DNA from: Vitrella brassicaformis CCMP3155
Lineage: Eukaryota; Protista; Chromerida
Direction of reading: 5' to 3'
NCBI GenBank assembly: GCA_001179505.1
Contig: CDMY01000738.1
Coordinates: 124,001 to 188,000 of the forward strand
DNA length: 64,000 nt
The notes under the pieces: model-generated
Told to the model about the DNA's origin: nothing
Seen by the model: the letters and a program-made list of their open reading frames with translations, nothing else
The model's database searches: none
Part shown: in pieces, positions 21,401 to 33,785 of the stretch
How positions within the stretch are numbered: position 1 is the first letter of the stretch
Layout: each line of letters opens with the position of its first letter
Translations under genes and position numbers: made by a program

Positions 21401-22129
21401 CTTTCTGTGCTGTTGATGCAGGGCTGATTGGCGAGAAGAGGGACGAACTCCTGGCGGTCGTCGACAACTTTGTGGCCGGTGAATAAGATGCGATAAACAC
21501 ATCACACACAAGGCTGTGCGCTGATGGACGGATGCACTTGTCCGTGCGTGTCTTCTCCCTTTACCGCTCCATGCGTCGCGTCAGGTGGTGCGACGGCCCT
21601 GTACAACGCCACCCGTGACAGCCTGGAACTGATCGCCGCCATGCGGGCTGCTGCAAACGACACCTTCGACAAATCATGGGACGTCGTCATCATGACCGAC
21701 GGCATGGACGAAGGTGAGTTGAGTCAGTGAGTGGGGGAGGAGGGAGGCACGGACCCATCTCACTCCCTGACGTGTCTGGCTGCCTGCCTCCGTGTGTGCA
21801 GGTGAGAACCACATCAGCAAGGACGAGGTCTACTCGATGTTGCCTGGAAGCGAAGACCCCACTGGTATTTTCTGGATGGCATTGCACACACAGAAAGAGG
21901 GAGAGAGGAAAGGCCTTTCGATTTGTGGCCCTCCGTGTGTGTCGTTGTGTGTGTGTGTGCAGCTGTGCACATCTACAGTGTGGCGTTTGACTTCAACGAC
22001 AACTCGGCCCAGGCCCAGGCGGGCCGCGACTTCCTCCGAACCATAGCTGAGGACAGCAACGGCAAATACTTCGCCCCCGACGCACGCAGCCTCAGCCTCG
22101 TCTACAACCTCATCTCACAGGAATTCTGA
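18401..22129 (+). CDS. Type II membrane protein: PPPY repeats + TM + bacterial-type extracellular solute-binding domain + vWA domain (about 17 exons)
   Basis: TM LWACCLIGLLVILVIGGIVGVIL; SBP_bac_11-type motifs FSYGHGHPESSNSGRLSFLA, GPGYLNAV..YESNVISWN, IYPSDGTYWMDHPF, W..DEQAEAA..F; vWA MIDAS DTSGS, GGATALY, MTDG, and RTIAEDSNGKYF at the C-terminus. Confidence 0.88.
18419..18659 (+). repeat. Perfect 120-bp in-frame tandem duplication (2 x 40 aa)
   Basis: Sequence 18421-18538 is repeated exactly at 18541-18658; encodes TAPPPYAPEWSADDAKQVNVTVQPVSNPHVYGQPLTMDPG twice. Confidence 0.98.
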
Positions 22130-23018
22130 TCGACCGACCTGCCGTGTGTCCACGTGTGCGTGTGCCTGTGTGTGTGTGTGCCTGTGAGGGTGTCGTCGTC
22201 TGTCAATCGTCGATGGATTGGGCCCGGTGCATGTATGTGTTTCGTGTTGTGGGAATGAGTATGAGTGCATGTATGTGTATGTGTGGTGTCACCACAACCA
22301 AGGTCGGTCTGCTTTTTGCGACCACTTCATTCATGAGTCAGTCGATCTGCACTGAACTGAATGGGGTAACTGACAGAGTGAGTGGATTGTACCTTTCATG
22401 CGCTCTGCCCCACACCCCTGTATGTAGCATATCGGCCGCAGCCAGCCCAGCCGGTCCGACAGACATTACTCGTAGGCCATAAGTCAGTCAGTCGCCCTGC
22501 AAGTACGTTACGTGAGCCCTGTCTGCGTGCACTGACTGCATGGCATGTGTGTGGTTTTCTAGTCGATACCCCCACACACAAGGGAGCGACGAACGAGGCA
22601 AGGCGGGCTGCTTTGTTTGTTCAAACCAACCTTCTTTGCTCAAGTCGTCTGCCTGTCTGTCCTGTCAGATTTGTTTGTTCAAGTGACGCCTTTGTTTGCT
22701 CAAGTGTCTCGTAGAAGTGATGCTTCGACCAGTCGTCATGTGTCTGCCGTCGTCTGCACTTTTTGTGCGGGTATCAGTGAGGAGGGAGGGGGAGAGGGGG
22801 GATGGCCACACATTGCTACAGACGATTCTGTGATCGTACCCACGTACCCACAGAGGACTCAGACAAGGGGCGAAAACATGCTGACGCACACTATGGTTGT
22901 TCCGGTAACGTTGCCCAAGTGCACAAGGCCCAGAGCATTGATTCAATCAATCGCCATCTCCCTTTGTGCGAGCTTACAAATATCATATCCCCGCCATCTT
23001 CGAACGTTTTTCTCCAGG

Positions 23019-25253
23019 ATGATGCAGGCGCTCACCCGCTGCGTAGATCTCCGCTGTCCCGGCGTCGCGCGGCGGCTTTCAACTCTGGCTTCTACGCGCC
23101 CTGCAGCTCCTACTGCTTACGATGAGTCCGCAGCAAGCAAGGCGGCCTCACCCCTCCCTGCATTCCACCCTGCAAGGCCCCCTGCAAGGCCAGCCGACTC
23201 ATCCATGACGGTTGAATCCCTTCTCAAGGCGTCCGAGCTCATCCCTCACACACCCTCTTCACCCTCCCAGATGTCGCTCATCCAGCAGGCATCGGCTCTT
23301 CTCAGGCAGAACCAGTTCGCCGCAGAGAAGCTGGTGCGCTTCCTGCACCATCTGTCGTCTCAGCGTGCCAGGACTCCGCAAGAGACCCGCGCCTTCTTTG
23401 TGGCTGCTGGCGACTGGCTGGCCGATGGGCGAGTGGACGACCTGAAGAGTCTGGAGATGGTGCGCGTGTTGGTTGCTTATGGGAAGGTGCGGGTGCGGCA
23501 TCGGCTGGTGATGGGCCAGCTGGGGGAGAGGCTGACCAGACTGGTGCCCATATTCGACCGGCCAGTGCACCTCGGTACGCAGGCAGGCACATTGAGCCGT
23601 TCATCTTTTCAATCATTTGTGTGCTTTGCTGTCTTCCCTGGTTTCCAGCCAACATCGCGGGGACTTTCTCCACTCTGCGGCTCCCCTCCCCGGCTCTCTT
23701 CCACGCCATCGCTCAGCGGCTCCCGCACTTCCAGCCGACAGCCTTCGAGCCAGTGGACATCTCAGAGCTCCTGCAGGCCTTCACACGACTGCACACCAAC
23801 CCCCAGATCAGCCATTCGGCCACCGTGATGGACCACCTGGCCGATGTGGTCAGGGACAGGCGCGATTCCCTGGCTGGCGACCAGATTGCCCTGGTGATCA
23901 ACGCGTACGCGGCTGTTGGAGGGCGGAAGGATATCGTGAGGGACATGCAAGGGACTGTGGTGAAGCGATTGGGCGGGGATGGGCCTAGTGAGAGAGGGAG
24001 GGAGGGGGGAAGGCGGGCGTCGCGATTCTTCACCACAGCCAACCTGGCGCTGATCCTCAACTCATCTGCGAAAGCGGCCCCGCCAGACCCCTCACATGAA
24101 GTGAGAGAGAGGCAGGCAGCCAGGGGGCTGTGCTGTGCTGATCTGTGTCGATCCTATTGGTGCGTGCCTGTCAGTTCCTCGCATCCGTGGCCGGTGCGCT
24201 GAAGGGCTATGCCGCCGAGGACTTCAACGCGCAGTCCATCGCACTCACGTGAGGCTAATTAGCTAGGATGTTCCCAGAGCTGCCAATTGGAGTTTGCCTC
24301 TGTGTTCTTGTGTCAGATGTCATGCGCTGTCGAAGCTCCGCTTCTACCCTGCCGACCTCATAAGCTATCTCTGTGACATGGTGATCTTGCCCAGCGACCC
24401 CCGGCCGTCTCGCCCGTCAGCCAAATGGGGCCCTGTCCGGTCATTCCCGGCATCATCGTTTCCCCACCACCAAAGAGAAGAGGCCACATCACCCACCACG
24501 AGGGACCCGCTTCTGCAGAGCTTCCCATCGCAGGAGCTGTCCAACCTGGCCTGGGCCATCGCATCTTTCCCTCACCTCCACCAGCGGGTGATGGACGGCG
24601 TCGTCACTTATGTGGAGAGACACGCCGACAAGATGCCTCCACTGCACCTGGTAGGGTAGGAGGGATCGCATGGACAAATGCTGGCTCGTGTGGTGTGGTA
24701 TGCGTGTGTTTCTTTCCTGTGATGCATGTGCACAGGCGATGACGGTGAGTGCGATCGGTTTGTACAACAGCTTGGCTGCGGTAGAGCACCGGAGCACTGT
24801 CCCTGACACGTTTGCCGCCCGATGCCTGGAGAACTTCCGAGCCCAACCAGACCAATACGGTGGGCAACACAATCCAGATAAGATACACACACAGACAAAC
24901 AACCAACCAACCACAACAGCCCAGAAGAGGTCTGTTGCCGCTTGTGTGTGTTTCGTTCGCAAGACGGCCACACGGTTTCTCGCCTAAGTGCTGGCCTTCT
25001 CCGACTGGCCCTCGACCATCCATGCCCATCCACTTTCCTGCCACCAGCGAGCCGTGGAGACCTGACCGATATGATGCGCCACATCGCTGCGTTGGAGGCC
25101 AGGCTGCCCCTGTGTGACTGCCGACTGGCGCACCTGTTCTTTGCGAGATACGAGAGGTGCTTCGGGGCACTGCCAGTGGATGGCCATGGAGATGACTGCG
25201 GTGCAGTGGCTGCGCGGATTAGAGCCCGTGTGGAGGAGGGGAAGGACGATTAG
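23019..25253 (+). CDS. Helical-repeat (HPR/OPR/RAP-associated-like) putative organellar RNA-binding protein
   Basis: Arg/Ser/Ala-rich mitochondrial-like presequence MMQALTRCVDLRCPGVARRLSTLAS; repeats FEPVDISELLQAFTRL, GDQIALVINAYAAV, FTTANLALILNSSAK, FNAQSIALTCHALSKLRF, FPSQELSNLAWAIASF. Confidence 0.72.
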
Positions 25254-25950
25254 GTAGGGAGCCGTGATGCAGTCATAGTGCGTGAGTGAGATGAGCTGTC
25301 GAAGCTCATGGCCAATGGGGGAAGGTGTAGATAGTGCAGAACTGGTCGAGAGCAGTGGCTTTCAGTGTCTGCCAACGAATGGGTCTCACTCCCACTCGGT
25401 GTCTCATTCACATAATAATTATGTACACGGGCCAACACGGCCGCACGCACGCAGACAGACATCCACGCACATGCAATGTATCCCTCCTACTCTCTGCCCT
25501 CTCGGCAGCAACGCAATCAATCATGCCATCACTTGCTGTGTGTGTCGGTTAGTGTCGGTGTCGCACGGCCGTCCCGAATGGAATGGCATCGGCGGTCAAG
25601 GTGACAACCAGACCACTGACACCTTTCCATCGGGCCGCTCCACGACACCAACACGACCCACATCACACAGAAACACACGCCGTATTCACAAACTCGATCA
25701 GAGACTAGCACTAGCCCACCGACGAGACGAGACGAGACTTGGTCTCATGACGAACCCCCGTCCGTTCCATCCACACCACACATCTGTCTGTCTATCTGTC
25801 TTTCTATCGACCTGCGACGAGCAGCTCCCCTGATCAACACGCCGAACACCCACTCAGCGAAGGTACATCGACCGAAATGTACCTTCGCTGCATAAGTGTT
25901 TGGTTTGCCAACAGAGGACGCCGCTCGTTGCTGGCCACCAATCGAAGGCT

Positions 25951-26158
25951 TCACGCACGCCGTCTCAGACGACTCCCATGTCCCTCCGCCGCTTCACAAG
26001 TGGTCAGCTTGACCGTCACCTGGCACTCTGCACATGGCAACGACCCGTTTGTGGCGGTGGGCTGCAGCATGCGCCGGGCTGCACACGTCTTGATGGTCTC
26101 CGTGGACTGGTCCACCATCTGCGGCGCCAACAGAGACCACTGCACAGCATCAGACACA

Positions 26159-26193
<35 letters not shown>

Positions 26194-27188
26194 GAAGGGA
26201 AATCGTTGACGGCAGCTGCCCTGTTGAGGCTTGTTCGGATGTGTTGTAACTTACCGGCTGGTCGTCGACGGGCAGCCCCGCAGCGATCCACTGACTCATG
26301 CCGCCCAAGTCATAGATGTACTGCACACAACACAGCACAGCACAGCACAGCAGGACAAGGTGCCACGTATGTGCCTTGGTATGGTGGTGTGTGGTGGTGT
26401 GTGGTGTGGCATGAAGTGTCGTGTTGCGTGTTGCGAAAGGGCTCGCTGCCAAAGGAGAAGGCTGCCTACGAGCCTCGATACACACGCCTGCCTTCTCTGC
26501 ACTCGTTGCAGCGGCAGTCGCACAGGCCGCGCAAAGACCACTGGGTAGAGTGCACTCACTGGCTGGGCTGCAGGGACGGTGCGGTGCACGAGTCTGTGAA
26601 TACCTGGAAGCCCGCCTCTTGGCTGAGGAACGATGCCGCTATCGCCGATCGCCGCCCAGACTGGCAGTACAGGCCAATCTTGTACGCTTCACACCCTGCA
26701 TTGCAATGAGGAAACGGAGGACATGACTGATATGACTGCCTGTCGATCAACAGGCAGGCAGGCCAGCACGCGACTACCCACCCTTGAGCAGCGACGGGTC
26801 CCTTATGGATCCGAGCGACTCGACCAATGGCGCCTCGGGGACGTGACCGCTCTGTCATGACAATGGGCAGACAGAAGCGACGTACGTATGAGGATCGAGC
26901 GGAGCGGATGTGTGTGTCGACTCGACTTGCCGGCGTACGTACATCGTATTCGTTGAGCGTCCTGACATCCACCACGAGGTCGAAGCAGTCCCTGGTCCAG
27001 TCGTTGCCTATCGCGCTGTAGTTGCCGCTTGCCAGGTACACCGAACCACACACTGACAGCACAGCAAACAAGGAGAGCAGTCAACGCACATCACATGGCC
27101 TGACGTGCTCATCTCTGTTTGTTCTTCCTTCCCCACCAGATCTGCAGATCAGAGCACAGAGCAGGCAGACGAGGGTCAGCGACCACAT
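25951..27188 (-). CDS. Single-domain rhodanese with predicted signal peptide
   Basis: MWSLTLVCLLCALIC; LVVDVRTLNEYD; active-site loop IGLYCQSGRRSAIAASFL; VYDLGGMSQWIAAGLPV. Confidence 0.85.
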
Positions 27189-27349
27189 AGATCTGACACG
27201 CCTGGACGTCAAGAACAGCTCATTCTCAATGCAAGCCAGATCGCAAGTGGTTTAGGGCGCGTAAAACCCGAACGGCGGGATAAGTTGGAGTAGTGTGGTT
27301 TCCCACCCGTTTGCAGAGCTAGGCTGCCTCCGGCACCAGCAGCAGCAGG

Positions 27350-29291
27350 ATGAGGCCCATCCATTTGGCCCGGCAGCATGGCACCTCCGAGCAGTTGCTG
27401 CATCAGGTCAAGATGGCGTCCGGGTTAAGGTGCTGCACCAGCACAGCACACAGACGGAGGGAGGGAGGAAGGGAGAACGGGTGGATTTGCAGAGAGCTCT
27501 CCTGTGTGTGTTCTGTCTGTCCTCTTGTGGCGCAGGTCTTACCTGTATTTCGTCGCTGTAAGGATGCATGGAGGGTGGCTGGGTGCCAGAGGGTGGGGTG
27601 CTGCTAGAGGGGCCGCAACGCCACGATGCAGCTAGCTATGGAGCAGAACTGCACCTCTGCAATGGGGTGTTGCTCTGTCTGTGTGTGGGTGTGTGTGTGG
27701 TGCAGGGGTGCACGTGCAACTGCGTGTTGTGTTTGAAGTTGGAGGACATCATTAAATCCACCTATGTCAACGTGTATGAGACCAAACTGGTCAGCCAGCG
27801 GCACACTGCACTTACACCCATACTCATGAGTACCCGGCCCGTTCTGTGCGTGTGTGTGTATGTGCGTGTATGTATGTAGGAGGCCAACTATCCCTCGGTA
27901 GACTGTTGTTGCGGCGAGTATGACAACATCACCGTCATATACTACGACAGAGAATACCTCGACAGTGAGCCACACAGCCACACCCACACATCTATACCCT
28001 CTCCTACACGACGGCCTTGATGCACTCACTGCTGTGCGTTGTGGTGGCATGGATGGATGGATGGCTGGATGGATGGATGTGTCACATAGACATCGACCAG
28101 GCTGGCTGCTGCGTTCCGGCGTTCACCCACTGCCAGTGCTGCCCCACGTGTTTCGACATGGTACACACACACAAAGGCACAAAGGCACAAAGATACAAAG
28201 ACACAAAGGCACAAAGACACAACGGAATGGACAGACATCCTCGTATCTGTGTGTGCGTGTGTGTTGATGTGATATTTGTGCACTTCTTGATGTGATGTGT
28301 GGTGTGCAGTGTGGGAAGGCGTTGGTGCTGCACGGCCCCAACAAGTGCGCCTGTAGCAAGTGTTTCAACCCCGACAAACTGTCCAACAGTAAGCAGCCAG
28401 ACGCCACACAACACATTCAACACGCTTCGCTGCCGGCCTCCCTGCCTGCCGGCCTGCTTATTCTCTGTGTGTGTGTGATAATTATGTTGTGGGCTGCAGC
28501 TCCGGTGTCGGCCATGAACTGTTGCACTGCGTTCTGTTGCTGCTCCAAGCCCTTCATTATGGTAGGCAAGCCAATCCACATACCAAGAGGGAGGGAGAAA
28601 GGGGGCCGTCTGTGTATGTCTGTCAATCTATCTGTGTGTGTGTCTGGTGACAGTTGCCGGGCCTGGACGAGGTCGATGAGTTGAAGCGCGCCATCTGCAG
28701 GCAAGGAAGGCCGAGGGAGACAACAGACAAGAAATAAGATGAGAGCGGATGAATCTTTGCAAGATGTTTGTGATCTCTCTTGACTCAGTGCCCGCGATGC
28801 TGCCAAGTCTCGCATGGACGCCGGGCACCGGTAGGTAGCACACCACCGGCCACACCACGCCACACACACACACGCGCAAGAGACATGAACCTCCACATCC
28901 GTTCTCTCCGCTGTCTTTTCCGTCCCCCTGTTCAGTCCCGACATGGGCGGCCCGCCGGTCGAACGCACCAGAGAGAGAGAGGCAATTGGGGTCTCTCTCC
29001 TCGCGAACCATGTCTGTCTGTGTGTGTGTTGTGTGTGTTTGTCCACCAGGCGCAGCAGGTGATGGCGGCCCCGGTGGCCCACCAGCCCATGATGGTGGCG
29101 GCACCCCAGGCCGTCATGATGCAGCCCGCACAGCCCGCAGGAGTAGTGGTACGCATCGCATCCACACGCACACACACACGAAGGAAGGATACTTGCGAGG
29201 GTCGGTGTGCTGTGCCACCTCTCTCTCCTTTGGCATTCATTGTGTTGTGCAGGTGATGACGCAGCCCCAGCCGATGACCTATGGCCGCTGA
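27350..29291 (+). CDS. Cysteine-rich protein of unknown function with Gln/Pro/Met-rich tail (about 11 small exons)
   Basis: Spliced: MASGLRSYLYFVAGCTCNCVLCLKLEDIIKSTYVNVYETKLEANYPSVDCCCGEYDNITVIYYD...GCCVPAFTHCQCCPTCFDMCGKALVLHG...MNCCTAFCCCSKPFIMLPGLDEVDELKRAI...QPQPMTYGR*. Confidence 0.7.
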
Positions 29292-29895
29292 CTGACTGAG
29301 ACCCATAGCACTCACACCAACACACCAAGACAGACACGTGACGGACGACACCCATACGATAGACACATGACGATAGGATAGCGATGAATGATGCATTGCT
29401 GCCATGCGTCCATCTGTGACGTCGTAGCTGCCAGCACACACACGCCACACATGCCTCCGTGATGCACGCTTCACCAGAACCAGCGAGATTGTGCAGCACC
29501 ACCCCACCCCGGCCACGCACCCACACACGATTTTTGGATGGACGGGATGGATCGGTGGATTGGATGGCCGGCTGATTTGTTGCTCTTTTCCGTGTGTGCG
29601 TGTCCATCATGATGCTATCTATGCTGTTGGAGATGTCTGTCTGCCATGATGATGTTTGCTAGTGCACATGTGGATGGGCTGTCAGTGACCGTGGCCGGGT
29701 GCTGTGGATGACATTGTGTGCACACATGATCGATGCATTCGATGCGCTGTCTTGCCTGCATGGCCTGCCCGGACTGCTAGAAAGAACGTCGCGGCCGTTT
29801 GAAAGACGTTGGATTCCAAGCTCGCATTCACTCGACAAGCCGTTGTTGCCTCCCCTCACTGTGTTCAAGCCGTCATTCGAGTCTTCCCGCCTCAC

Positions 29896-32800
29896 ATGAG
29901 CAGCCCCTCAGAGGCATCCCCCAACCCAGAGGTGACCCTCCCTCTCCCATCGCACGCCAATGAAGACGAGCCGCCGCCTCCAGACACCGATCTGGCGGCC
30001 AGGAGAAAGAACAAATCCAAGAAGAAGACACGACACACACGAAAAGGCAGCTTCCGAGCGATGACGGAGGCCATTGAAAAGGCAGCTTCCGAGCGATGAC
30101 GGAGGCCATTGGGAGCCGACTTGTTGGGGGCGGTGCAGGGGAGGTCGGCAAGGACCAAGGACATGACCCAAGAGAGGCGACTTCAGCCCAGCGGCACAGC
30201 AGGGGGTCGGAGGCTGTCTTCTCGCCGATTGAGGCCGGCAGGAAGAGAAGCAAAAGCAAGGTCAGGCAATTAAGGGATCACACTGATCGAACAACGGCGT
30301 CAGCCCCTCTATTGCGCATCCCCCATGAGTGCATTCAATGCATGCAGGTCATGCAATACGTCGTCGGCGCTGCGGCTGACAACAGCACACCGGCCACATC
30401 ATCAGCAAAGAAGACGCCCCAAAACAGGCGCATCCGATTCAGCTTCGGCCTGTTCGGCAGAGGCAAGGAGCAGAGCACGGAGACCTTTCCCCTGCCAGCA
30501 CACACCGATGGATCCCCACAAGACGACACAGGACAGAAGCAGGCAGCCGAGAGAGAGAGGAGGAAACCTGTCGCCCTCATGGCCTTGGAGAAGCAGCTGA
30601 GCATCGACGAGAAGGAGAGGGAACAGCCAATGGACCCGAGCAAGATGACGCTCGGCCAGTGGAAGGCCTTCGCCACGCGGACGAAGCGGCAACAGAGTTT
30701 GCTCATGGGAGATCAGCCTATCAAGTGGATCAACACCACTCAGGCGAGCCTCGTCTTTGGCGGTTTCATCATTGCCAACGCCATCGTGCTGGGGTGAGGG
30801 ATGGATGGGATGAGACACACATGCCGTAAGAATGCACAAGAAGGCACAATGGGTCATTATGTTTCCTTTGGTCAGGTTGGAGTCCGACTATGGCGGAGGG
30901 GAGTCGAGACATTTGGGATGGTACCTCACGGTGGGTGGGTGAGACACGGCCAAAGGCACTTCACTCCTACCATACCAATCAATGTGGGTCGCTGCCTGTG
31001 TTGGTGCAGGAGAGCTTCTTTATAGTGATTTTCCTGCTCGAGATAATCCTGCGCGTCTTAGCAAATGGATGGAATACCTTCAAAGGTGGGTGGCTGCACG
31101 TAGAAAGAGCCACAAAAGACCTGGCTGTCATCATTGCATCTGTGTGCGCTCTCCAGATCCATGGAACGACTTTGATGCCAGTGAGGAATCCCTTGGTCAC
31201 TTACCTTTTCTTGCCGTGGCGTATCGCTTTTGTGTCCTCTTGCGTGCCACTTGCACAGTTTTGATCGTTCTGGCCATCCTCGACACTTGGATTCTGACTT
31301 GGGTGGTCGATCCAGCCGAATCAGGAGAGAGCAGTAGTGTCCTGGGAATCATCACACTGCTCAGGGTGAGGGGAGGGGAACACACTTTGAAGACTCGGCC
31401 ACAGAATGATCCTGTTGCGTGTTTGTCCACAGGTCCTTCGGCTGATGCGTCTTGCTCGGATTCTTCGCCTGTTTCGCGTCTTCAAAGAGCTCTTCATGCT
31501 GCTCAGAGGTACCCTGCAGCTGCCACCAGCCATTCACCCGGTTACAGCTTCCTTCTTTCACTCTGTCTTGGCGCAGGTTTGGTGAATGCTGCTCGTGCGC
31601 TGTCGTGGGTGGGGTTCCTCCTCACAATCATATTCTACGTGTGTGCCGTCTAGTGAGCAATATGTGCACACACTCACAGACGGGTGGATCAACACAGCAT
31701 AAGTACAGGTCTCTGCGTTTGTGTGTCTCTCAATCCTCTCGACGCAGCACAACTCGTACAATTGGCAGCAGCTCGGTTTTTTATGACGAGTACGAGGATG
31801 ACGTCTATGAGTGGTGGGCAGACAGGCAGACAGGCAGGCAGGCAGGCAGGCAGAGAGAGAAGGAGACAGCAAGCGGGTTACGCACCCGGTCTCTGTGTGG
31901 ACATGTGTAGGTTTGGTACGATGGGCAAGTCATTCCTCACTCTGTTTCAGCTCATGACGCTCGAAGGATGGCCGGACATCGGCAGTAAGCAACACGGATG
32001 CCCGCTACACGGCCCATTCAGATGAATGCAGAGACCAATTACCGCTGTGTGTCGCTCGCCTTGTGTGCAGGGGCTGTTGTCGAGAAATCGCCATGGCAGG
32101 CGTAAGCAAGAAAGCGACAGGCAAAGACATGGATGGTCCGCCTGATTTCCCTTGGACGGACATCCACATGCGCTCGTGCAGGGTCTTCATTGTGGTCTTC
32201 ATCCTCCTTACGCAGTACTGCATGCTCAACCTTGTCACTGGTATCATCGTCGAGAACTTCATGGACACGGCGAGGTCTCAGCAGACACAGATGCTCAAGC
32301 AGATAGAGGAGGAGAAGAAAAACGTCATCGAGGACCTCACCGCCATATTTGTGTTCGCCAACCACGGCGCAGAAGGGGAGATGACCGCTGAACGTACGGA
32401 AGACGCTCCGAGCCTTCTGCTCTGCTGCATTCTCCGTGTGATGAACGTCATGAATGTCATTCTTTCTGCCGCTTGTAGATTTTGCAAAGGCATTGGAGCA
32501 TGAGAGTGTGGTCAAGAAATGCCACCAGATGGACATCGCTGTGATCGATGCCGACGACATGTTCTCAGTACTTGACGTCAACGGCAATGGAACGCTATCA
32601 CTGGAGGAGTTCCTCGAGGGCATGCTCCGCATCAAGGGATCCGCCAAGTCGAGACACCTGCTCAATGTCCAGAACGACCTCCACCGGTAAAGAGGAACAC
32701 ACATCGATCGATGCAGAGTAGGCAGTCAGTGGTGCTCCGTCTCCTTATTTCAGTGTGGCGCGTAACATCAACTATCGTCTGAAGGATCTGGAGATCAGGA

Positions 32801-33573
32801 CGGAGCAGCGGCTGACTCAGCTGTCGGCTGACATCGCCGCGCAGATAGCCCGGCTGGAGGAGAACCTGGAGGTGTTGGTCAAGGGAGAGTCGGGAATGAC
32901 GTCGGTGTCATGCTTGGAGGCCTCCTCGCCCGTCGGCAGGAGGAAAAATGAACATGACGTGACGAAGGCCCCCGCGGCCAGTGAGGTCGCAGGAATCGAT
33001 GCCGCCAGCAAAGAAAGAAGTCCCAGCTCGTCTCCCAAGTCGCCCTCAAAGGGCCCTGTTCGCCTTGCCCCTGTCCACCTCGACGACTCACAGCTCTCCA
33101 GCTCGTGGCTTGGCAGGGCCTTCCACTCTCATTCGCAGCCATCCATCCCCCCCGCCGCCATCCCGTCCACGCGGTCGTCGCCATCCGTTTCTCCCACGAG
33201 CATCCTGCGGACCGGCGACAGCAGCAAAGGTGGCAACAAGTACAAGAAAAAACTCTCCATCACTGAGGTCTCGCGACTCCCCGGAGCCACGTATAGCCCC
33301 AGCAGTAGCAGCGCCGAGGGCGAGACAGACGATGACCATCGCCGGCGGATGGCGCAAGTGTCTCTGTCTCAGTCGTATGATTCGACTCGGCTGAGGGAAG
33401 CCTCACAAGGGATGGGGGAAGCGGGGTCGCAGTCGAGCGCTCAGCTGGGTGGCGGAGGGGCGGGTGGCATGACGGCGACGATTCCCTTGCCCGCCCGGCC
33501 AATCGTGTATCCCAAACCAATGGAAGGCAGGACAGCGGGCGGAAAAGACAAGAGCAGAGGGGCCAAGAAATGA
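29896..33573 (+). CDS. Single-domain (6TM) voltage-gated cation channel with EF-hand; BacNav/EukCat-like
   Basis: S1-S3 helices; S4 RVLRLMRLARILRLFRVFKEL; pore FGTMGKSFLTLFQLMTLEGWPDI; S6 YCMLNLVTGIIVENF; EF-hand DVNGNGTLSLEEF; coiled-coil and disordered tail. Exon 1 is frameshifted by a 35-bp duplication. Confidence 0.9.
30041..30110 (+). repeat. Perfect 35-bp tandem duplication causing a frameshift
   Basis: gaaaaggcagcttccgagcgatgacggaggccatt occurs twice in tandem. Confidence 0.97.
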
Positions 33574-33785
33574 GTCGGGGAGGGAGGCAGGGATGGGGAG
33601 AGGGAGGGAGGGGTGTGTGAATATCGCAGCCAGAGATTGTCGAATGGAGATTGAGTGTCTGAATCCACTGATGTCCTCCACCGATGTCCTCCGTGCATGG
33701 AGACACATCCATTTGTCATACCTTCATGCAGCCAGTACATGCACACTCGGTCGATGATGGCTCTGCCAAAGGACGCCCTTTTCGC

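Noticed and set aside
28170-28222. 8-bp minisatellite (cacaaagg/cacaaaga) as a functional element
   Set aside because: Intronic simple repeat with no further structure.
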